Shown here in pieces: positions 24,670-37,246 of a stretch of 64,000 nucleotides of DNA; the stretch's first letter is position 1; every line of letters starts with the position of its first letter. Source of the DNA: Acidimicrobiaceae bacterium (lineage in GTDB: Bacteria > Actinomycetota > Acidimicrobiia > Acidimicrobiales > Aldehydirespiratoraceae); the NCBI GenBank assembly GCA_009844405.1, contig VYBO01000130.1:12-64011 (forward strand), in the 5' to 3' direction. The notes under the pieces were generated by a model, which did not search any database, had not been told where the DNA came from, and worked only from the letters and a program-made list of their open reading frames with translations. Both the position numbers and the translations under genes were made by a program.

Positions 24670-25169
24670 GCAGCAAGTGGTCGGAAGGGATCGAGCCCCG
24701 GGGCTTCCGGTGGATCATCACCGACCGCTTCGGGGTGTGCGAACGGCCCGGCGGCTACGGCGTCGGCCACCGGCGGGTGCGGCGTCTCGAGGAGATCATC
24801 TGGCTGAGCCGCAACGAGATCGGCCTGATGGTGAGCATCACCGCGATTCCCTACAACCTCCACGACTACGACGAGCACGGGCTGGCCTACGCCCACCTTC
24901 CCTTCTCGGAGCCCGGCGACGGCGCCGAGCGCCTCGAGCAGATCCTGACCACGATCCGGGACCACTCGACCGACCAGCGGGTGGTGCTCCACCACGATTC
25001 CATCGGCGACCGGGTGTCGGGTGTGGTGGCGGGCTACCTGCTGTGGTCGGGGCTGGTCGACGCCGGCCCCGAGGCCATCACCATCGCCGAGCGGCTGCTG
25101 GAGCGCGAGCTCGGTCCCATGGCTCGTGAGATCGTGTCGATGGCCCAGCAGCTCAAGTCCGCCTCATGA
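24666..25169 (+). CDS. Dual-specificity-phosphatase-like protein with an atypical P-loop (no Cys)
   Basis: DSP-like layout (..AYAHLPFSEPGDG.. then ..VVLHHDSIGDRVSGVVAGYLL..), but Asp replaces the expected catalytic Cys and the loop is one residue short. ATGA overlap with hpt. Confidence 0.5.
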   Translation: MSSKWSEGIEPRGFRWIITDRFGVCERPGGYGVGHRRVRRLEEIIWLSRNEIGLMVSITAIPYNLHDYDEHGLAYAHLPFSEPGDGAERLEQILTTIRDHSTDQRVVLHHDSIGDRVSGVVAGYLLWSGLVDAGPEAITIAERLLERELGPMAREIVSMAQQLKSAS

Positions 25170-25206
25170 CCGCACCGGATCGTCGCGGACCCCTGGATCG
25201 TTAGAC

Positions 25207-25938
25207 GTGCGGTCGGTCCGCATCATCGGCGATGGACGGGCCGGCGGCGCGATCGCCGCGGCCCTGTCCGAGGTCGGCTGGCAGGTGCGCGGGGTGCTGG
25301 GCCGGTCGGCATCCGCCGCCCAGGTGGCCTCAGCGGCCGCCGACGTCGACCTGGTGCTGATCGCCACGCCGGACGCCGCGGTTCCGGACGTGGCCGCCTC
25401 CGTCGAACCCACCGCGGCTGCCGCGGTGGCCCATATGGCCGGCTCGCTCGGCCTCGACGCCGTCGGCATGCACCCCCGGCCTGCAGCCCTGCATCCATTG
25501 GTGGCCCTGCCCGACCCGGCCGTCGGTGCTCGGCGCCTGCTGGGGGGCGGGTGGTTCGCGGTGGCCGGTGATGCGCTCGTCCGGCAGGCGGTGGCCGACC
25601 TCGGCGGGCGGGCTTTCGAGGTGCCCGACGCCGACCGGGCTGCCTATCACGCCGCCGCGGTGGTCGCCTCCAACCATCTGGTGGCCCTGCTCGGCCAGGC
25701 GGAGCGCATCGCGTCTGAGGCGGGAGTTCCCTTCGCCGCCCTCATCGACCTGGTCCGGGGCACCGTCGACAACGTCGACGAGTTGGGCCCGGCCGCCGCC
25801 CTCACCGGTCCCGCAGCCCGCGGCGACACCCAGACCGTCTGCCGGCACGTCGAAGCCATTGACCCGGTCGAGCGAGCCGCCTACGAGGCACTGTCCCAGC
25901 TAGCCCGCCGGCTCGCGGGCCTTGCAGAGCCGTCATGA
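25207..25938 (+). CDS. Rossmann-like / DUF2520 domain protein (Rv3603c-like)
   Basis: VRIIGDGRAGGAIAAAL dinucleotide-binding start and a C-terminal ..LTGPAARGD.. motif typical of DUF2520. Sits upstream of panC as in mycobacteria. Confidence 0.6.
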   Translation: MRSVRIIGDGRAGGAIAAALSEVGWQVRGVLGRSASAAQVASAAADVDLVLIATPDAAVPDVAASVEPTAAAAVAHMAGSLGLDAVGMHPRPAALHPLVALPDPAVGARRLLGGGWFAVAGDALVRQAVADLGGRAFEVPDADRAAYHAAAVVASNHLVALLGQAERIASEAGVPFAALIDLVRGTVDNVDELGPAAALTGPAARGDTQTVCRHVEAIDPVERAAYEALSQLARRLAGLAEPS

Positions 25939-26008
25939 TCCGTCCCCACCCGTTCTGTTCGCGAGCCCGGCGCTTCGCGGAGAAGCGAGAACGGAGCGCA
26001 GAATCGGC

Positions 26009-26878
26009 ATGAGCACGGGTCGCCCCACGCCTGAGTTGGAGGCCACGATCGGCGGTCTGAGTCGACGGCTCGCCGAGGCCCGAGCGGCGGGCCGCACTGT
26101 CGGCTTCGTGCCCACGATGGGCTTCCTCCACGCCGGGCACTGCTCGCTGGTCGAGCGGGCCCGGGTCGACAACGACGTTGTGGTGGTGTCGATCTTCGTC
26201 AACCCGCTGCAGTTCAATCCGGGCGAGGACTTCGACGACTATCCCCGGGATCTGGACCGCGATCTCGAGATGTGCGCGAGAGCCGGCGCCGACATCGTGT
26301 TCGTTCCCGACGGGCCGGAGATGTACCCCGAGCCGGTGGCGACCACCGTGCGCCTACCGGCGCTCGCCGACGTGCTGTGCGGCGCCTCCCGCGCCGGCCA
26401 CTTCGACGGGGTCGCCACCGTCGTGGCCAAGCTGCTGGTGATCGTGGGCGAGTGCTCGGCCTACTTCGGTGAGAAGGACTTCCAGCAGCTCACGATCGTG
26501 ACCCGCATGGCCGCGGACCTGTCGCTGCCGGTGCGGGTGGTGGGCTGCGGAACCGTGCGGGAGCCCGACGGGCTCGCCCTCTCCAGCCGGAACGCCTACT
26601 TGAGCGAGGCGGAGCGAAGCCAGGCCCCGGTGCTGCTCCGGGCCCTCGAGGCCGGAGCGGCCCTGGTGCAGTCGGGTGAGGCCGACCCCGCGGCGGTGGA
26701 GGCCGAGATGGCCTCGGTGATCGCCACCGCGCCGCTGGCGGAGATCGACTACGCCGCGGCGGCGTCGGCGTCCACCCTCACCGCGGACGGACCATTGCGA
26801 GGCGATGTGCGGCTGCTGGTGGCCGTCCGGTTCGGCAAGGCCCGCCTGATAGACAACATCGGCTGCCGCGCCGGCTGA
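26009..26878 (+). CDS. panC: Pantoate--beta-alanine ligase
   Basis: VGFVPTMGFLHAGHCSLV (HIGH-like), ..VSIFVNPLQFNP.., ..GHFDGVATVVAKL... Confidence 0.9.
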   Translation: MSTGRPTPELEATIGGLSRRLAEARAAGRTVGFVPTMGFLHAGHCSLVERARVDNDVVVVSIFVNPLQFNPGEDFDDYPRDLDRDLEMCARAGADIVFVPDGPEMYPEPVATTVRLPALADVLCGASRAGHFDGVATVVAKLLVIVGECSAYFGEKDFQQLTIVTRMAADLSLPVRVVGCGTVREPDGLALSSRNAYLSEAERSQAPVLLRALEAGAALVQSGEADPAAVEAEMASVIATAPLAEIDYAAAASASTLTADGPLRGDVRLLVAVRFGKARLIDNIGCRAG

Positions 26879-26912
26879 TCGGCGCGGACCGGAGGCCACG
26901 GGGTGCGGGTGG

Positions 26913-27010
26913 TTCCCGCTCTTGTTCGCTGCGCTCACGGGCCGCTCGGGCCACGGCCTCACCCCTATGAACCCGCTTTGCTCGCCCACCCGCTCGGCCT
27001 CTGGCCGCCG
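26913..27010 (+). repeat. Dispersed intergenic repeat, copy 2 (long form)
   Basis: TTCCCGCTCTTGTTCGCTGCGCTCACGGGCCGCTCGGGCCACGGCCTC ... CCGCTCGGCCTCTGGCCGCC, located between panC and coaX. Confidence 0.8.
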
Positions 27011-27022
27011 TATCCTGCGGCG

Positions 27023-27816
27023 GTGCTGCTCGCTATCGACGTCGGCAACACCCAGACCGTCGTCGGCATCTACGACCCGGGCGCGGTCCACGGTTCGGCC
27101 GCGGCGGATGGGCTGGTCGACCACTGGAGGCTCTCTACCGACCCGAGCCGCACCGCCGACGAGCTCGGCGTGGTGATCAGGTCGCTGCTCGATGTGATCG
27201 ACATCGACTTCGACAGCGATGTCTCCGGAGTGTCCATCTGCTCGGGCGTGCCCCGACTGCTCGCAGGCCTGCGGGAGATGGTGCGGCGCCAGCTCGGATT
27301 CTCGCCCGTGGTGGTCGGGCCGGGCGTCAAGACCGGCATGCCGATCCACTACGACAACCCCAAGGAGGTCGGCGCCGACCGGATCGCCAACGCAGTGGCG
27401 GCCTACGACCTCTACGGCGGCCCCACCGTGGTGGTCGACTTCGGCACCGGCAACAACTTCGACGTCATATCGGCCGACGGAGCCTTCATGGGAGGCGCCA
27501 TCGCACCCGGCATCGAGATCAGCCTGGATGCGCTCATCGGCCGGGCCGCCGCCCTCGGCGCGGTCGAGTTGGTCGAGCCCCGCAGCGTGATCGGCAAGAC
27601 CACCGTCGAGTCGATCCAGTCCGGCGCCCTGTACGGGTTCACCGCCATGATCGACGGCATGAACGCCCGCTTCCTGGCCGAGTTGGGCGAGGCCAACGTC
27701 GTCGCCACCGGCGGCCTGGCCAATGTGATCGCCCCCATCTCGCAGACGATCGAGCACGTCGAGCCGTTCCTGACCCTGCACGGCCTGCGCATCGTCTACG
27801 AGCGCAACCAGGACCG

Positions 27817-27820
<4 letters not shown>
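27023..27820 (+). CDS. coaX: Type III pantothenate kinase
   Basis: LLAIDVGNTQTVVG start, ..GADRIANAVAA.., ..VVDFGTGNNFD... GTG start assumed. Confidence 0.85.
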
Positions 27821-29232
<1,412 letters not shown>

Positions 29233-29407
29233 CTCCCGGAATCGGCAGCAGGGCGGGCGTGCAGCTACGGGGTGACCTGGTCCTCGCCTGGGCTTGGGCC
29301 GCGCGTCCGCAGGTGGCTCCCGATGCGGGCGAGATGCTCGCAGATGGCACCGCTGTTGACGCCGTGATCACGGAATCCACGGACGAAGGAAGGCACTTGA
29401 CGGCCCC

Positions 29408-29429
29408 TCGCGATTGTACTAAATCGCGA
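29408..29429. promoter_or_regulatory. Perfect 8-bp inverted repeat (operator-like)
   Basis: TCGCGATT-GTACTA-AATCGCGA lies 19 nt upstream of the ATG at 29448, in a lower-GC intergenic stretch. Confidence 0.3.
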
Positions 29430-29447
29430 TCCAACAACTCCTACAGG

Positions 29448-29870
29448 ATGGAGATTGTCATGCGGTGCCGCATCTTTCTGTCAGCGATGGCGGTGGCAGC
29501 GCTCGTTGGCGGTTTGGTGTCCGCCACTCCAGCCGCGGCAACCGATGGCAGCGACTTGGGAGTGCTGGGTGAGCCTCTGGAGGATTCGTCGCCAGATGAC
29601 ACCTCTACAAGTCGTGGTGGTGACCTGCCCGACGGCGAAGGCTCGATGCCTGGCGACAGCGACTCTTCTGGACTTGTCGACGAACCCCTGGAAGGTGATG
29701 GGTCGTCATCCAACGGCCCTGAGAATGGGGAGTCGAACCGGGCCGAGGATCCCGCTGCGATAAGTGCCGACGAGTCGGGGGACTCGTATGGTTCGGTCGA
29801 GGAGCCGACCTTCGACACGATGTGGGAGCCCGGTTCGGTGGGTGCCCTCGCGGGTGTCGGCAGTGCATGA
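29448..29870 (+). CDS. Secreted acidic low-complexity protein (hypothetical)
   Basis: Signal-peptide-like start (MEIVMRCRIFLSAMAVAALVGGLVSATPAAA) followed by D/E/S/G-rich sequence. Confidence 0.45.
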   Translation: MEIVMRCRIFLSAMAVAALVGGLVSATPAAATDGSDLGVLGEPLEDSSPDDTSTSRGGDLPDGEGSMPGDSDSSGLVDEPLEGDGSSSNGPENGESNRAEDPAAISADESGDSYGSVEEPTFDTMWEPGSVGALAGVGSA

Positions 29871-30399
29871 CGACAACGTCGAGTTGCACACATGGCGCGC
29901 TGACGACGGTTCGTCGTTCTTGGCGCTACTCCTCATTGAAGGCGTGGAAGCTGCTATCGAGTACCGCTTCGAGAACGCGATACCCGAGGGCCATTCAGCG
30001 CTGCTTCATGCCGATGGATCAGTGAGGTTCTTCGACGCGGCCGGAGCCGAGGCAGGAGGCATCGCCGCGCCGTGGGCTATCGACGCCGACGGGACGGCCA
30101 TCCCCACCAGCTACGCTCTCGACGGCACCGCCCTCGTTCAAACTGTGGAGCACCGGGGAGCGGTCTACCCCGTTGTTCCCGACCCATGGTGGGCTCCGGT
30201 GGCCGTCGTTGTTGCTCTGGGCGCGTGTATCGGCAGTGTGTTCTGCGCCACGATGGCAACCGCCGCCGTCACGCTTGGTCCGCTAGTTGTTGGGACCGCG
30301 TGGCGCAACCGGGGATCCCTAAAGAGCGGGAACTCGAATAGCGGGTCGACGAACCGGCCGACCAACAAATGCAATATACGGAGTCGGGCCGGTTGCTAG
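29863..30399 (+). CDS. Hypothetical protein with a C-terminal TM segment
   Basis: ORF in the frame of 29764..30399. A GTG at 29863 overlaps the preceding stop. Globular part (..PWAIDADGTAIPTSYALDGTALVQTV..) followed by a hydrophobic span. No assignable family. Confidence 0.4.
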   Translation: MHDDNVELHTWRADDGSSFLALLLIEGVEAAIEYRFENAIPEGHSALLHADGSVRFFDAAGAEAGGIAAPWAIDADGTAIPTSYALDGTALVQTVEHRGAVYPVVPDPWWAPVAVVVALGACIGSVFCATMATAAVTLGPLVVGTAWRNRGSLKSGNSNSGSTNRPTNKCNIRSRAGC

Positions 30400-30427
30400 T
30401 TCGCGTGACTGGCCCGCACCCCTCCGT

Positions 30428-30913
30428 TTGTGTCCGAGCGTCGTGACAAGGCTGATGAACTCGAAGGGCTTTCTCGCAATAATGCGGAATGTCCGATGGT
30501 CTGACGGGCGACTCGCCAGTCACGGCCATGATCGGTTCACGCTGGCGTTGCGTGTAGTGAGCCTGGGCCTGCTCGCATCATCCGTGATCGTCTACTGGTG
30601 GCGCTCCTCGTTGACTGGGTGGATCGCGTTGATGGTGGCCGGGGTTGCTGTCGGCCTTGTGGCAAGTGCACGCCTACACACCGTTGTGCGTCGAATCGAA
30701 CGGGCAGGGTCGGTGTCTCCGCCTCTGCGAGCATCGTCCTCATCCCGTTTCCTTGAGTTCTTCGCCCGAATCTATGGGAGCGCTGCGGAAAGGCTGGAAG
30801 AGCGTGCTAAGCAAGCCGAGGAACGCGGCGATGAGGTGGCCGCGACCGCGTACCGTCGACGTGCTGCGAAAGAGCGGGCCGACGCGGCACGGTGCCGCGA
30901 CACGCTCGCCTGA
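30428..30913 (+). CDS. Hypothetical membrane protein
   Basis: 161-aa ORF with two hydrophobic spans and a basic/acidic helical tail. The start is uncertain. Confidence 0.35.
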   Translation: MCPSVVTRLMNSKGFLAIMRNVRWSDGRLASHGHDRFTLALRVVSLGLLASSVIVYWWRSSLTGWIALMVAGVAVGLVASARLHTVVRRIERAGSVSPPLRASSSSRFLEFFARIYGSAAERLEERAKQAEERGDEVAATAYRRRAAKERADAARCRDTLA

Positions 30914-30916
30914 AGC

Positions 30917-31960
30917 TCAGCCGGTGAGGGCGGGCGCCTCGGTCAGGCGGTCGGCGGCCAGGCGCAGCACCGCGGTGGCGGGGGTGTCGGGCAGCGACGT
31001 GAGCGCGGCCTGGGCCTTGTCGGCCCACATGCGGGCGGTGCCGCGGGCCTCGTCCACACCGCCGGTGGACCGGACCAGCTCGGCGGCCCGGTCGCGGACT
31101 GCGGCGTCGATGGGCCGGCCGAGGATCGAGCGCAGCTCGTCGCCGGCCGCCGGGTCGGCCAGCGCCCGGATGACCGGAAGCGTGTAGGTGCCCTCGGCCA
31201 GGTCGTTGCCGGTCGGCTTGCCCAGCTGCGACTCGGTGGCCACCAGGTCCAGGATGTCGTCGACGATCTGGAAGGCCATGCCGTAGGAGAAGCCGAACTC
31301 TCCGAGCGCCTCCGCCGCGGCCCGGGGCACCTCGCCCACGGTGGCCCCGATCCGGCAGGAGATGGACAGCAGCGCGGCGGTCTTTCCCGACACGGCCTTC
31401 TCGTAGCGCTGCTCGCTGCGCCCGGTGTCGTAGGCGTTCTCGAGCTCGATGATCTGGCCCTCGCAGAGCCGGGTGATCGCCTCGGCCAAGAGCTCCGCGA
31501 CCTCGGCCCCGAGCGACGCCGCCATGGCGGAGGCCCGCCCCAGCAGGTAGTCGCCGGCCAGGATGGCCCGCAGGTTGCCCCACTGTGCGTTGACGCTGGC
31601 CACCGTGCGCCGGGTCGTGGCCTCGTCCATGACGTCGTCGTGGTACAGCGAGCCGATGTGGACCAGCTCGACCGAGGCGCCGCCGCGCACCGCGGCCTCC
31701 GACGATCTCGTCGGCGCGGCGTCGCACACCAGCGAGGAGGCGAGGCAGAAGCCGGGCCGGACCAGCTTCCCGCCGACTGTGATCAGATGCCGGGCCAACT
31801 CGGTGACGAAGTCGTCGGGAGCGCTTGCCGCGCTGAGCATCTCATTCTCGACTCGCCGCAGGTCGTCCTCCAGGAACGGCAGCAGGGCGAACGGCGAGGG
31901 GTTGGCCACGCTGCGAGGGTAATGGGGACCGCGCGGCCGCGGGCGGCGGGGGTGGCTCAT
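30917..31960 (-). CDS. Polyprenyl diphosphate synthase (trans-IPPS, GrcC/IdsA-like)
   Basis: First and second Asp-rich motifs: LYHDDVMDE and FQIVDDILD. Confidence 0.85.
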   Translation of the reverse strand: MSHPRRPRPRGPHYPRSVANPSPFALLPFLEDDLRRVENEMLSAASAPDDFVTELARHLITVGGKLVRPGFCLASSLVCDAAPTRSSEAAVRGGASVELVHIGSLYHDDVMDEATTRRTVASVNAQWGNLRAILAGDYLLGRASAMAASLGAEVAELLAEAITRLCEGQIIELENAYDTGRSEQRYEKAVSGKTAALLSISCRIGATVGEVPRAAAEALGEFGFSYGMAFQIVDDILDLVATESQLGKPTGNDLAEGTYTLPVIRALADPAAGDELRSILGRPIDAAVRDRAAELVRSTGGVDEARGTARMWADKAQAALTSLPDTPATAVLRLAADRLTEAPALTG

Positions 31961-32072
31961 GTCACAGCCTGAGCCCGCGCCGCGACGCGACCCTTGTCAC
32001 GGGTCCGGGCTACACTGACCGCCATGAGGCAGCCCGTCCGGCCCGACCCGTCCAGCGGCGGAGGTGTGAGCG

Positions 32073-34601
<2,529 letters not shown>

Positions 34602-34647
34602 GCTTCCCCTCCGGGGGCAGCTGAGATCGGGCCACAGGACCAGGGCC

Positions 34648-36210
34648 GTGGCCTCTCAGCGCCGGCGTGCGGTTGCGGTGGCGCGCCTCCTCAGGCCGGC
34701 CGTGCTGGCTCTGGGGCTGGCGCTGCTGGTTGCGGCCTGCCGGGTCGACACCAGCGTGCACGTCGAGGTGGAGGACGCCGGATCGGGCACGGTGACGGTG
34801 GTGTTCAACGCCGACGCGGTAGCGGTGTCCCGCGTCCCCGAGCTGGCCGGGGGGCTGATCTTCGACGACGCGCAGGCCGCCGGATGGGCGGTGGAGGGCC
34901 CGCTGTTCCGCGCCGACGGGGGTGTGCAGATCCGTGCGGTCAAGCGGTTCGAGTCGGCCGGCCAGCTTCCCCAGGTCCTCGAGGAGCTGGCCGGCAAGGA
35001 GGTGATCTTCACCGGGGTGGTCTTGGAGCAGACCCGCTCCTTCGCTGAGACCTCCTACCGCTTCCAGGCCGGCATCGACCCGACTCCGCCTCTGGACGAC
35101 TTCAGCGACGACGCTCTCGCCGCGATCTTCGAGGGCCAGCCCTTCGGGCGCCCGCTGCAGGACCTGATCGCGGAGGCCGGCGCCCCCGAGGACTCGCTGG
35201 GCTTCGAGTTCCTGTTGACGCTGATCGACTCCGACGAGGCCTTCGACGCCTCTGCGGCCGCCTCCGGCGTGGAGGGGGAATCCGAGGACGGGATGGTGGC
35301 ACTGTCGCCCGAGGTCGACGGATCCACGGCCGTCTGGCGCTTCTCCTACGGGGACCGGCCGGTGACGGTGAACGCCTCGACGACGGTCTCCGACACCTTG
35401 GCGCCGCTGTGGCTCAACATCGCCCGGGTGGCCGGCGCCGCTTTCGGCGCAGTGCTGCTAGGCGTGGGCGTGGCCAGGTTGGTGGCACTGCTGCGCGCTC
35501 CCAGGGGCCGGGGCCGCCGGGCCACCCGGCGCCGCCGGCAGCGGGCCGCGGCCCGGGAGGCGGAGGCCAGCCGCCCCCGCAAGCGCCTGCTGCGCCTGCT
35601 GGTGGTGGACGTGCACGGTGTGATCGTGCGGCCCACCGACCCGCGGGAGGGCCTGCTGCTGCCGGTGATCCTGGGCGAGAACCCCGACATCGATCCCGAG
35701 CTGATCCGCGACCGGCACCGCATGCTGGTGCTGGGCAGGCTCACCGCCGAGGAGTTCTGGAGCGACCTCGGGCTCGGCCCGATCGGCCGTGACGTGGAGA
35801 CCCGCTACCTGTCGTCGTTCAAGCTGGTGCCGGGCCTGCACCAGTTCCTCGACCGGGTCGCGAGCCGGAGCCTGCCGGTGGCGGCGGTCGGCAACCAGCC
35901 CCGGGAGTGGGGGCTGCGGTTGAGGCGCATGGCCGAGCTGGAGGACTCGGTGTCGTCGTGGCTGGTGAGCGGTGATGTGGGGGCTGTGCTTCCCGAGCGG
36001 TCGCTGTTCGAGGCGACCCGCCGGGTGATGTCGGTGGACCTCTACGACTGCCTGTACCTGTCGAGCGTGCCCGAGTACCTGGACGCCGCGTCCGACATGG
36101 GGATGGCCACCGGCTACTTCGCGGCCAGCCCCGAGGATGTGCAGGAGACCGAGCACACCCTGATCCGGGGTTATGACGACATCCTCAGGGGCCGCGCCAC
36201 CGGGACCTGA
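34648..36210 (+). CDS. Membrane-anchored protein with a C-terminal HAD-like hydrolase domain
   Basis: Lipoprotein-like start (..LLVAAC), a central TM followed by an Arg-rich stretch, and a C-terminal ..LLVVDVHGVIV.. (DxD-like motif I with His) ...LYLSSVPEYLDAA... The assignment is tentative. Confidence 0.5.
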   Translation: MASQRRRAVAVARLLRPAVLALGLALLVAACRVDTSVHVEVEDAGSGTVTVVFNADAVAVSRVPELAGGLIFDDAQAAGWAVEGPLFRADGGVQIRAVKRFESAGQLPQVLEELAGKEVIFTGVVLEQTRSFAETSYRFQAGIDPTPPLDDFSDDALAAIFEGQPFGRPLQDLIAEAGAPEDSLGFEFLLTLIDSDEAFDASAAASGVEGESEDGMVALSPEVDGSTAVWRFSYGDRPVTVNASTTVSDTLAPLWLNIARVAGAAFGAVLLGVGVARLVALLRAPRGRGRRATRRRRQRAAAREAEASRPRKRLLRLLVVDVHGVIVRPTDPREGLLLPVILGENPDIDPELIRDRHRMLVLGRLTAEEFWSDLGLGPIGRDVETRYLSSFKLVPGLHQFLDRVASRSLPVAAVGNQPREWGLRLRRMAELEDSVSSWLVSGDVGAVLPERSLFEATRRVMSVDLYDCLYLSSVPEYLDAASDMGMATGYFAASPEDVQETEHTLIRGYDDILRGRATGT

Positions 36211-36268
36211 GCGCCGTCGCCGGTCCGGAGGCCGAGCGGAGGCGGGCGGATCCGCTCCATGCGGGCTC

Positions 36269-37033
36269 TCAGCCGGCGGTGTCGGTGAAGCGGTCGCGCA
36301 CGTGGCCGTACTGCTCGCCGCCGTCGACGGTAAGGCACTCGCCGGTGACCGCTCCCGCCTCGAGGAGGTACCGGACGGCCCGCCCGGCCTCGGGGCCTCC
36401 GCTCCAGCGACCGAGCAGCGTGCGCCGCCTCAGCCTCTCGACCTGGTCCGGCCCGAACTTGGCCGGCGCGATCGTCGGGCCGAGCGCCACCGCGTTGCAG
36501 CGCACGGTCGGGGCGAGCTCCACCGCCACCTGGCGGGTCAGGGCCAGCAGCGCGGCCTTGGCCACGCTGTGGGCGGCTCGACCGGGCCAGGGCTGCCAGG
36601 CCGACAGGTCCACGATGTTCACGATCGCCCCGCCGCCCCTCTCGAGCATCGACGGCGCGACGGCGTTGATGAGATGGAACGGCCCGTGGAGCACCACGTC
36701 GAGAGTCCGGTACCAGGTGTCGGTGTCGTCCGAGGGGAACTCGTCGCGGGCGAACCACGAGGCGCTGTTGACCAGGGCATCGACGGGTCCCAGGCGGCAG
36801 GCCACGGCCTCGGCGAGTCCGGCGGCCTCGGCCGGCGCGGCCAGATCGGTCTTGAACGCGCCGGCGCCGACCCCGCAGCCGCGCAACTCGGTGACCGTCT
36901 CGGCGGCCTGATCCTCGGACCGGCGGTAGGCGATGGCCACCGCCGCGCCTGCCGCCGCGAGCTCCAGAGCGATGGCCCGCCCCACCCGGTGGGCGCCGCC
37001 GGTCACCAACGCGACCCGTCCTGCCAGCTCCAT
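36269..37033 (-). CDS. SDR-family oxidoreductase
   Basis: MELAGRVALVTGGAHRVGRAIA (TGxxxxxG) and ..AHSVAKAAL.. (YxxxK-like with His). Start ATG at 37033 within the longer 36269..37954 ORF. Confidence 0.75.
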   Translation of the reverse strand: MELAGRVALVTGGAHRVGRAIALELAAAGAAVAIAYRRSEDQAAETVTELRGCGVGAGAFKTDLAAPAEAAGLAEAVACRLGPVDALVNSASWFARDEFPSDDTDTWYRTLDVVLHGPFHLINAVAPSMLERGGGAIVNIVDLSAWQPWPGRAAHSVAKAALLALTRQVAVELAPTVRCNAVALGPTIAPAKFGPDQVERLRRRTLLGRWSGGPEAGRAVRYLLEAGAVTGECLTVDGGEQYGHVRDRFTDTAG

Positions 37034-37090
37034 CCGCCAAGCATGGCATGCGCGGACGGATCGACAGCCCGTCGCGTCGCCGCGCCGCCA

Positions 37091-37198
37091 ATCCCGCTCT
37101 TGTTCGCTGCGCTCACGGGCCGCTCGGGCCACGGCCTCGCTCGGCGACTTGCAGGCCCTGCAAGCCGTGGGCCAATCCGCTCGGCCTCTGGGCATGGC
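37091..37198 (+). repeat. Dispersed intergenic repeat, copy 3 (long form)
   Basis: ATCCCGCTCTTGTTCGCTGCGCTCACGGGCCGCTCGGGCCACGGCCTCGC...CCGCTCGGCCTCTGGGCATGGC, located between divergent oxidoreductase genes. Confidence 0.8.
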
Positions 37199-37246
37199 AG
37201 ACCGCCGGTCGCACGGTTTCGATCGGGCGCCTCTATTGTCGGCGCG

